A stretch of 64,000 nt of DNA from Octopus sinensis (Eukaryota). Each line of letters opens with the position of its first letter. Position 1 is the first letter of the stretch. This document shows positions 53,784-64,000 of this stretch, piece after piece. The position numbers were made by a program, and so were the translations under genes. The notes below the pieces were generated by a model that had not been told where the DNA came from, did not search any database, and saw only the letters and a program-made list of their open reading frames with translations. Location: positions 72,416,001 through 72,480,000 of the forward strand of contig NC_043006.1 of assembly GCF_006345805.1 (NCBI RefSeq), read 5' to 3'.

Positions 53784-55546
53784 CAGATGTGTACACCCCC
53801 CCCCCCCCCGCCGACTTTGTTGCCTCGTAATATACAGAAAAAATGGGTCCTTTTTTACGAAATTTTCAACAAATAATTGCTTAGTTTCTATAGATTGAGT
53901 GTATCTTAAGATATGTCGGGGAAAAATTTTCCGAAGGATTGGGGAGAGGAGTTTCAAAAAATTCACACAACCCGACATTTTCCAGCTCATAACTTTCGGG
54001 AAAATGGCTATTTTTTAACGAAATTTTATACAAACACTTTTCAAACGATGTAGATTACGATTGCAAAGAAATCTGTAGGCAAATTCTTTCGGAAGTGATG
54101 GCCTATATAAGTTGGAAATTCTCCATTTTGTCGGAGATTCTTGTCAATTATTTACAGCACAGTCTTCGGAATGATGGGAGGCATATTTTCACGAAAAACA
54201 GTAAGAATTTATTTTTTTCACTACGCACTTAAAACCCGTGAGAAACGTTTTCTATTTTTGTGGATCTTTTCGGTTTGACCGACAGTTTTTAAAAATAATT
54301 TCCACGTAACTAAACACTTTTAAACTTCGTATACTGGTAGAATGTGTTTATAAAACATCTTTTTCTCTTGGCTTTATTGAGAAAATTCTATAGTTTGTAA
54401 GATATTTGTTGTTTTTTCTTCTTCAATTTCAACCAATCAATAACGTCTATTGAGGTGAAAACATTCTGTGCCGTATGAATATGCCCCTCGTTTAAGAAAC
54501 AGATTGGATTTATTTACATTTGTGAAGAAAAAAAGATACCCTTCCTCCACCCCTAATCTTAACCCTAAAATAGATTGAAATGCAATAGATCGATACAAGG
54601 GTCATAATTATGGGTGACAATTTCATATGACACCGCTAGAAAATGTTAATAATTTCACAGGAAAATGTGTGATTTAAGGGAGATCTGACTGTTATTTCTA
54701 GCACATCCCGAAACCCCTTTCTACATTTCTTTTTCACTCTTACATCTATTGATGTTTTTTTAATATTTTTCTCCCTATAAACACATTTTATGGAATGATG
54801 ATGCCAAAGTAACACACGTGTAGTCCATTGCTGGGATATAAGCAAGGGGGGGAAGGGGGGTAATTAAAATTTTTACTTCCACCCCAACCGAGCGAGGTCG
54901 CATGTGTGTGTAAGAAAAATAATTTTTTAACAGAAAATTATGCTATCAAAACATATAATCTTTTACATACTTCTTATTAAAATCACTCTGGATAAATCCC
55001 AGCAATAATCTTCTCAGGCTCTCGATATTTTAGAATTATATAAATAGAAAGAGTCGGGGTCAGAAAGTGGGACTAAAAAAATTGTAAATTTTCAAACTTT
55101 TCTTTTTTTTATAGCATAAATTCTAGAAAATATTGAAAAACATCAATACATATCTGAGTGAGAAAAAAACAAGGAGGGTGGTCTTGCGAATGTGTTAGAA
55201 GCAACAGCCAAATCTCCCTTAAATCACATACTTTTTCGTCGCCCTCTTCCAAAAAAGTTTTACCTACAAATTTCTTTTTAATCGTAATCTACACCGTTTG
55301 AAAAGTATTTGTTTAGAATTTCATTAAAAAATACCCATTTCCTAAAAGTTATGAGGGGAAAAATGTTGGGTCGTGTGAATTTTCCAAAAAAACCTTCTCA
55401 CCAATCCCTCGGAAAAAAATTTTCTAACAAATCTTTATGTACACTCAATCTACAGGATTTCAGCAATTATTTGTTGAAAGTTTTGTTAAAGAGTATCCAT
55501 TTTTCTGGAAGTTATGAGGCAACAAATTCGGTGGGGTATACATCAG
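53784..55546. mobile_element. Non-autonomous DNA transposon with about 310-bp imperfect TIRs, directly upstream of MED29
   Basis: 53784-~54102 is the imperfect reverse complement of ~55240-55546 (TA|CAGATGTGTAC ... GTATACATCAG). Other repeats are nested inside. Confidence 0.75.
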
Positions 55547-55728
55547 CAGTTTTGCCAAAAATGATTAGCGGGTCAATAATCAGGAACTTTCTAGCACCCT
55601 CTATTAGATTTTTATGCAGCAGGCGTCCGTGAGTAGATTTCCTCTGTAAACTTTGAGCATCAGTTGCCCTTCCCGATATACTTTGCGTGTCCAAGGGGAG
55701 ATAACCATAAGCTAATTACAGAACAAAC

Positions 55729-56208
55729 ATGGCGTCCGGTGCTCAAGTTCCTCCAACTCAGCAGCAACCTGCACCTCAACAATCGGCTCAAATGCCCCAC
55801 CAACAAGTGGATTTTGACCAAATATCGCGATATAAGATGATGTTACCTCGTTTAAAAGAATCTCTAGTCAACTTGATCAAACTAGCTTCCCAGGCGTTTC
55901 GTCAGAATGCCAGTGTCGACGGTGGTAACAAAATGAACGTAGAAAGCCTACAACCAAAATTCGAGCGCTGTCTGGAAGACTTGTTTGCAATCTGTGACCA
56001 AATGGAAATAATACTACGACTTGCTCAAGAAGCCAGTGCTCAAATCATCGATGGAAATCGCTTTACACCGATCCCTGTTGTGACTAATAAGACCGATAAT
56101 CAAGACGGACAAAGCCAATCGTATCCACAGTATCAAAGCACAGTAAGAGGACAGATCTCTACAGCTAAAGAAATTCACGATCTACTCAAAAGAACTGATA
56201 AATCATAA
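55729..56208 (+). CDS. MED29: Mediator complex subunit 29 (intersex homolog), single-exon CDS, 159 aa
   Basis: A Q/P-rich N-terminus is followed by FDQISRYKMMLPRLKESLVNLIKLA, KFERCLEDLFAICDQMEIILRLAQE and YPQYQSTVRGQISTAKEIHDLL, which match Med29 family motifs. The start context is AACATGGCG and AATAAA lies at 56506-56511. Confidence 0.92.
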   Translation: MASGAQVPPTQQQPAPQQSAQMPHQQVDFDQISRYKMMLPRLKESLVNLIKLASQAFRQNASVDGGNKMNVESLQPKFERCLEDLFAICDQMEIILRLAQEASAQIIDGNRFTPIPVVTNKTDNQDGQSQSYPQYQSTVRGQISTAKEIHDLLKRTDKS

Positions 56209-58942
56209 CTGTTTCTCTTTTGTTTTATTTCCCTTTCTATTTTAACATAAATCCCAAGCGTACTGTAATTCTTCTTTATAAATTAACTTTGTAAAACATC
56301 GCACAAAATTGATTTTATTTATATACATGTCCAAAGATATTGATGAACTGGGTAACTAGGTTTTTATATCTCAGCTTAATCAGCTTCGTTACCCCTATTG
56401 TTTACATGTTTTATCTTTTCCTTCTCATTCATACATTCATGATACTGAATTTCTCATATTCCAATTCACTTAAAATTAAAAATATATTTGAATTTAGCCA
56501 AAGAAAATAAACAGAATCGTCTAAATATTGTTCAAGTCTCGCTGAATTGTTATTTCTCCTTACTTGGAATGTTGAGGCCGATTCTAAGAAAATGTGACTG
56601 TTATTTCTAGCAGGTCAAGTGATCACATATAGGGTTGATAGTAAGGTCAAGATGAGTAAGTGGAGTCTTGTATTTTTAGTTGAACCAAATGCGATCAAAA
56701 CTTAGTTTAAAATTCATACTTTTCATTTGTAAGTATTTCAAACAAGCCGCGGCATCGTTTCCATATTGTTCGAGGTAACAAGAGTGCCCAAGAGAGATCC
56801 TCTTATGCGGTCACACTACCTGCTAGAAATAGCAACTAAATTTCAAATTACACATTATTGTCTTTAAAATGGCACTACCACGGAATTAGCTGTCAGAAGT
56901 GCCTTTAAAATGAGAAAGATACACTGGATACCACAGTAAAAAAAAAAAAAAAGGTGGGAGACAGAATGGTCATAGCTGGAAAGCCTTGGATCATAGATCT
57001 GCTCGTTTTCCACAAGACTTGGAAATTAATAGCAAATACAGGCTGATGAATAGACTGTTTTAATATTTAAAATGCATCTTTGTCTCGAAAAGTTATCAAT
57101 TTAGTTGCGAAAATCATATTTTCGGTCATTCAGGTGCTTAAAATAATGTCTTGAACTTTCTGGTAAATCGTTACTCTCTCTCATGTTTTGCCATTAATCT
57201 CGAAAAATTTTTTTAAAACTTTTTTCATAGTCGTGTTATTTATCGTGTATTGGATACAAATACGCAAAAATATTCTGAAAATTCAAAAAAATAAAGTTAT
57301 GAGGAGCTATGTGGCCTGCTTAAGGCAGAATTCCGTCCTCAAACATTCGATTTACAGTAATTATGTTTTTAAAAGTTTTCTATATCTGAATGAGAATATA
57401 AATACTTGAGAAAGACCGGATTAAGTTATACAGTATTAGTGACTATTCTTTAAACTAATTAAAACATTGGATTACAGACATGTTGACACACTACCTTCTA
57501 GGGATTTCAGTGGTCATATCGACACTAATGCTTCGGACATATCGATTTCAAATTGACGGATTGTTAAGTTACGTTTTGACATAAAAAGTACACATTGGCA
57601 AACATGTGCACAGAGAATCACACTTTATCTCTCTCTATATATATATATATATATAATGGCGGTGCCCCAGCATGGCCACAGCTCGTGAGCTGAAACTAGA
57701 TGAAATGAAATGAATATATATATAGGGGGAGAATTCACAAAAAAAACAAGACAACAAACAGATGTATTAGTTTAACGCTCAGGAAGTGAAAAAGTCTTTA
57801 ACGTTTTGAGCCTACGCTCTTCCACAGAAAGAAACAAGGAGAGAAAATAAAGAATGTGTAGTGGCTAGCGATCTAGGGAGAGTCATTCTGTTTTAATGCC
57901 ATATTGATTAATACACTCATGGATTCAATTTCCACTCCTTTTTAATTAATAAGGCATTAAAACAGAATGACTCCCCAGACCACAAAATGCTTCAACTCAC
58001 AAATTCACATAAAGAATCTTGCAAACCAAATACAAAAACGAAATATATATATATATAGGTTAGCAGAGTTAGCAGTTGGAATAACCATCTATGGGATAAG
58101 AATATCCGTTTTTACTGCTGGTATAAATTTCCTATGTTAACCCTGGGCAAAGGATTCTATGCTCATAGGATACAGGCAATAACAAAATAAACAAGGGTTT
58201 ATTGGGAATCAAATTTAAATTAAGCAGAAAATGGATAAAATTCTTGATCAACAAACACATATCACTGCAAAATGGTATGATTCAAATATATTAAGCCTTC
58301 TTTTCTCATCTCGAGGCCCTGTTCTTTTCTCTCCTCTTTTAATTTATGTATTTTTATTCACTCTGATGAAGCTCCATGTACCAGATATAGAACATGACAA
58401 ATATTATTCTCGGAATTTTCTTTGGCAGCGCTGATGGCCATTGGAAGCAGAAGCAGGTGCCAGAAATGATAAAGTTTTGTATTAAAAAATAATAATCAAT
58501 GGTAGTCAATTTGTTTGTTGATGAAGAATTTTCTCTATTTTCTGCTTAATTTATATATATACATACGTATACACTATAAATTTACAAAAAAAACAAGATG
58601 AAGACAGGTGTATGGACAACAAGCAGGTGTATTAGTTTGATGCTCAGGAAAGTGAGAAAGTCTTTTACGTTTTGAGCTTATGCTCTTCAACAGAAAGGAA
58701 TAAAAGAAAAACAGAGAAAGAATAAAAAAACTTGTGGATTTAGTGATCAAGCATGGTGACTGATTTTTTAAAGTATGCCACTTGTTCTATTGGCCTCCTT
58801 TGCTAAGGACATAAAAGAATCAACTCTGTCAAACAGTGTGTAAGAGAAGAGACACAAAGACACATATAAAGAGATTCCATCCAGTTTCCATCTATTAAAT
58901 ATGCTCACAAAGTGTGCGTGTTTTTGTATATAATATATATAT

Positions 58943-59138
58943 ATAGTTGAAAAATTTCATTATAGGTATAAATATACCTTAAACAAGTATAAAAAATGAA
59001 TCAAAATTAAATTTAATACAAATTTGGATTCAATACATACGCATGTATTAAATCTAATTTTGGTTCAGCATTTTTTTCTCTCCATTTTTTATACTTGTTT
59101 AAGGTATATTTATACCTATAACGAAATTTTTCAACTAT
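58943..59138. repeat. Inverted repeat, about 55-bp near-perfect outer arms plus imperfect inner arms
   Basis: ATAGTTGAAAAATTTCATTATAGGTATAAATATACCTTAAACAAGTATAAAAAATG and its reverse complement (1 mismatch). Confidence 0.9.
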
Positions 59139-59707
59139 TATTTTCATATTCTTATTTGTTGCGCTGGCTGATTTTTATGAATATGATGAATCTTTATTAG
59201 AAATCATTTTTTTCTCTATTTTTTGGATCTCTCAAAAAGTTTGAATTATTCTTTTTGAACTTATTTTTTCTCATATATATATATATATATATATGTTTAT
59301 ATATATATACACACAGGTGGTGTTGTGTTTGAAAAGCTTTCTTTGTAACTATATGGTTTCAGGTTCAGTCCCACTGCACAACGTTTAGGGTAAGAATCTT
59401 CTGTAGACCTGGGCTGACCTATGCTTTGAGAGCGTATTTACTAGACAGAAACTGGAGGAAATCTCTTTATATGTGTGTGTGTCTACTCTCTCACACACTG
59501 TTTGACAGTTGATTCTTTTATGTCCCTGTAACAATGGTTTAACAAAGGATACCAATAGAACAAGTGCCATACTTATAAAAAAGTACTAGGGTCAATTTCA
59601 TTGGCCAAACTTTTCGAAGTAGTACCCCAGCATGGTCACAGACCAATGACTAAAACAAGTAAGCATAATGCATGTACACACACACACATTCATACATATG
59701 TGTGTGA

Positions 59708-59743
<36 letters not shown>

Positions 59744-59994
59744 GAAATGTTTCAAAAAGAAAATAGAAACTACATGTGGAGAAGATATGGGGAAAGTAAG
59801 AAGAAAAAAAGCGAAAATGCACATTGAATATAAAAAAAATAAAGACTTTTTTATGAAAAGTAGCGATAAATAAATACAATTAGATGAACTGAGGTAGAAT
59901 TAAGAGGAATTTTATTCGTTATTTTGAATTGTTAAAGAGATTCAAAGTCAAACTGGTGTCGTTATTGCTGGCTTTTTTTTTTTCTTATTTTCCC

Positions 59995-60028
<34 letters not shown>

Positions 60029-60031
<3 letters not shown>

Positions 60032-60929
60032 GGTGCAGTGAATAAACTGTTGTCTGAATTACGCAAAAATGACAATAACACTGACTTCTAATTTTAACAG
60101 ATATATTTACCAAAATTACATAAAAATATCTTGAAATACTAAAGAGTAAACATATTCAATAAAGTTGCCAATAGCTTCAACCATGGCCTCCAGACGACTT
60201 TAGAATCTCCTGAAACTCTTCTGGATGGTCTCCTTGTCTAAGTTGGTGAATCCTGCCATAATCCTTGCCTTCAGTTCATCTTTAGTGTTACAAGGAGTTT
60301 TGTTGGTCTCTCACTCAACTGCGCCCCACACATAGTAATCAAGGGAGTTGCAGTCTGGGGAGTTTGGTGTCCAGATGTTAAGGGTGATGTGGTTGCAGAA
60401 ATTGTCTGACAGCCCTAACTGGGTTCTCCTGCTTGTGTGGCATGGTGCAGAGACCTGTTGCCAGACATAAGGTTTTCCAGCAGCCACCCTCTTGAGCCAG
60501 GGTAGCACTACCTCCTCCAGGCACTTGATGTAGGCCTCCATGTTGAGTCTGAAGTTGTGAATGGAGGCATAACATCACCATCACTAGTGATCACTCCAAA
60601 CACCATGATGTTGACAGGATGTTTGATTTTTATCACTCATGGTACATGTCCTCAGATTGACACCCAAACACTCTGAAATGTTTGATTTGGAGCTTCCAGC
60701 ACAAACGTTAAGCAGTACAGCCTGTCCTTTCCAAATTTCTGGCTGAGTGAATTGTATCATGGTACTGTTTTTCTCACAGACAGTGCCCAACTGACCCTAC
60801 TTTACTGTGTAGTCAATGAAATCAAAAACTTACCCTACTTTACTGTACAGTCGACAAAATCAAAAACAAACAATGTACATGTGTGAAATTAAAAATATAA
60901 AATGGTGACAATTTACCCGTCACATCTTG
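60029..60929 (-). mobile_element. Decayed maT (DD37D) Tc1/mariner element
   Basis: The remnant WQQVSAPCHT...WTPNSPDCNSLDYYVW has 37 residues between the mutated second D and the third D. Degenerate CAGGGTG/CAAGATG termini lie in TA-rich flanks. Confidence 0.8.
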
Positions 60930-60959
60930 CATGTAAGTATGTATATGTATGTGTGTGTG

Positions 60960-61013
<54 letters not shown>

Positions 61014-62409
61014 TATATATTTACATACATACACATACAAATACTATGTACACAGTTTCCAAATACCAAATTTTACTCATCATTGGTCAGTGTGAGGCTC
61101 ATGACTATTGTAAAGTGTACTATGGTGAACCAGGTTAGGCACATAGTTACAAAATGAATGTCTTAATTACCTGGCTATGCCTGTGCCTAGATTCTAGGAA
61201 ATTATTGACAAAGTTGTTGATCTATTGAACTTGCAACAGAATGAATACACTGAAAGTTAACAGTGTCATTGTGTTGTGACTTGTTCAATAAACATAAATA
61301 AAGGCAAAGTTTACCAAGCTTATATAGTAGGAAGAAAAGGAGAAACAGTTTAACAACACAATCCAGTTCCAACAATGAAATCAAGCTTCAATTTTATTTG
61401 TAAATTAGAAATTCTCTATCAACCCAGTGAAAAAAATCTCTATGAGTTGAGTTATTTCTAAGATTTATATTTGCTTTTTATTGTGTTTTCTTTATTCTCA
61501 GCAACTTTACAACTATTACAACCTTCTCTCCTCCAGCTGTTGCAAACTAGTTTTTAAAAAAACAATTTAAAGTTACAATCATGTAATTTCATTAATAATA
61601 CTGGTCAACAACAAATAAAAAATTCTACTACCTTGAATGTTAGACTTATTCTTTAGAATAATATCAGACTGATTCTAAATGTGTCATCAGTTTTGCTCTT
61701 TCAGCTCTAGTTTTGGAGGTATCACATATAATTTTATTTGCAGATGTTGTTTATAATCCATGAAGAGTTTTTTCTGAAAGATCAAGATTTTCCTTGGATG
61801 CAAAATGGTTTCTATAATATTGTCATTGATGGCACTGTATGCCATAACAGAGTCTAAGAAATGGTTGTAAGTAATCATTTCGAGATGAAAGGATAAAATC
61901 CAGCTGTATAGAATTAAATGAATTTTCATTGACTTTTGTTCCTGATATTGTAAATTAGATGATAACAATGTTGTTATTGTTTCACTCAAGGATCTTTGTC
62001 ACTTTCCTAATTCCACCATTGATATTATTTAAAATAAAATGAGTTTTCTAGTTAATCCACACTCTGATATGAAGAACGTTAAGAAATCCAATAAAACTAT
62101 CACATTCGCAAATAAATAGACGATGTATATGAATTAAACAAAAAACATGAACAATCAACTCTTAAACAATGTTACCACAAACTATAGAAAGGCAATCTTT
62201 TAAAAGCAAACTACTTATAAAATATACAAAAGGGTCATTCATTCAACACATAAAGAGCTTTTTTATATCAGACATTGTATTGTGAGATTTCTGAAGACAG
62301 TCTATTTATCCAGCAATAATGAATCATTATGTGTATACCCCACTTTCTTTGGTTCTATTGTTTTATGTTTTAATGAAATCTTTCTACTTAAATCAGCAAG
62401 CTTTGCTCT

Positions 62410-62795
62410 CCACTATACCACCCAACCTTTCCTTGTCCACTGCCAAATGGTCACTCCTCAGCAGATGCCTTCGCTTCACACCTCTCATGTCCCACTGACA
62501 AATTTGGGACCCACACTGATGTCAGCAAGTTCCTGTGCCTCATCAAACTACACACGTTTTTCCACAAGTCCACATAGTGTCACGACAATTGGGATGGCTT
62601 CTTGGAGCTGGGGTGCCACCTCCAAGCCAGTTCAGTAGCCTAGACTTGCTCATGCATGACTACAATGTGCTGGTCGACTGATTCAATTTAAAAACAGGTG
62701 CCTCCAGACCAACATCATCCAGGCTGAATCGATCGCCCATCTGTCACTACAACGACATTGTCATCAAGCCAGCTGACAAAGGTGGAGCAGTGCAG
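62410..62795 (+). mobile_element. Penelope-like element RT N-terminal fragment
   Basis: LLSRCLRFTP (cf. LLSKGLxFxP) and NDIVIKPADKGGAV (the DKG motif). Confidence 0.7.
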
Positions 62796-62929
62796 ACCTA
62801 AACAGGGAGGAAGATTTTTACCTTTCTTTCCTTCACAGAGCGTCTGCTAATACTTTGCATGTACCACATCCTCGTGTTGGTGTTTTTTCTTGTGTTTATT
62901 CTTCGTTTTTTGGGGGATTAAATATATAT

Positions 62930-63200
62930 ATCTATATTTATAAAACTGAGAATGTTTGTATGTGTACATCACTAAAACTCAACCCAACCAATTTCATTCA
63001 AATTTTACACATGCCTTGCTTAGGGTCCATGCAGTGTCATGGGACAAAAAAGTTTTCAACTTCTTGCCTAATGCGAGCCCTAAGCAATCTCTTATCTCTT
63101 ACACTATTTCAGTATTACATGTCAAAAGTGAAACAATAACATCTCTATTGTAATGAGAGATACTTTCAGCTTAATACTGAAACTATTATCTCACATATAT
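62930..63200 (+). mobile_element. Helitron-like 5' end fragment
   Basis: A|TCTATATTTATAAAA...AATTTCATTCAAATTTTACAC resembles the 5' ends at 19777 and 52592. Confidence 0.5.
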
Positions 63201-63454
63201 AGATGCATACACACACACACACACAAAGTATACACACATATATGTATGTATATATAAATATGTATTTATATTTATATATGTGTATGTATATATATATATA
63301 TATGTATGTATATATACATATATCCTTAAATCCTTAAAAGTGTTTTAGCCCAAAGATCGCGGCCCACCGCTGAAAATGTACATATGTATATATATATATG
63401 AATATATACATATATATGTATATATACATATATATATGTATATATACATATATA

Positions 63455-63686
63455 TATTTCTTTACTACCCACAAGGGGCTAAACACAGAGGGGACAAACA
63501 AGGACAGACAAAGGGATTAAGTCGATTCCATCGACCCCAGTGCGTAACTGGTACTTAATTTATCGACCCCGAAAGGATGAAAGGCAAAGTCAACCTCGGC
63601 AGAATTTGAACTCAGAACGTAACGGCAGACGAAATACGGCTTCGCATTTCGCCCGGCGTGCTAACCTTTCTGCCAGCTCGCCGCCT
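63455..63686 (-). mobile_element. SINE family B, well-preserved full-length copy
   Basis: Reverse complement of the consensus, with CpGs intact. Confidence 0.85.
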
Positions 63687-64000
63687 TATATATACATATA
63701 TATATGTATATATACATATATATATGTATATGTACATATATATATGTATCTACTACATATTTGGAAAATCGGTGTGTGTTTGTTTGTGGCGTTGTTAGCA
63801 AACACCTCCAGCATTGTTTTATTGTTTCTGATGAAACTTATCACATGAGTAGAATTTGTGTCTGGAAACCTTAAATTGGTGAAAAAAATCGATAATACGG
63901 CCCCTGGAAAGGACCTTTATATCTACCTCATATAACTAATTTTTTTTTAACACCCAAGGGAAATAACCCATAGCACCTGTATAGTATTTTTTTAAACCCT

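Noticed and set aside
61200-62270. Possible Penelope GIY-YIG or coding remnant
   Set aside because: Too degenerate to assign motifs with confidence.

Overview
AT-rich, repeat-dense eukaryotic genomic DNA. The SINE families and (TA)n/(CA)n microsatellites suggest an octopus, which is an inference from recognising the repeats. Two host protein-coding genes are supported. One is the first coding exon (BH4-BH3-BH1-BH2) of an anti-apoptotic Bcl-2/Bcl-xL-like gene on the minus strand (23143-23595). It has a probable non-coding exon 1 near 26.4-26.55 kb and an intron of more than 23 kb running off the left edge. The other is an intronless MED29/intersex gene on the plus strand (55729-56208). Most of the rest is mobile-element debris: at least four SINE/retroposon families, mariner, Tc1, maT (DD37D), piggyBac-type and hAT MITEs, several Helitron pieces, RTE, L1/Tx1 and Penelope fragments, and a 5S rRNA pseudogene. 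Nearly all other ORFs in the track are microsatellite or SINE artefacts. The most notable unexplained items are an overlapping uORF with an ATGA stop-start on the Bcl-2 start region, a symmetric bidirectional promoter, an orphan CpG-rich promoter with candidate small-ORF exons, a highly structured retroposon, and long perfect palindromes next to hammerhead-like motifs. All calls were made by eye, with no database searches.
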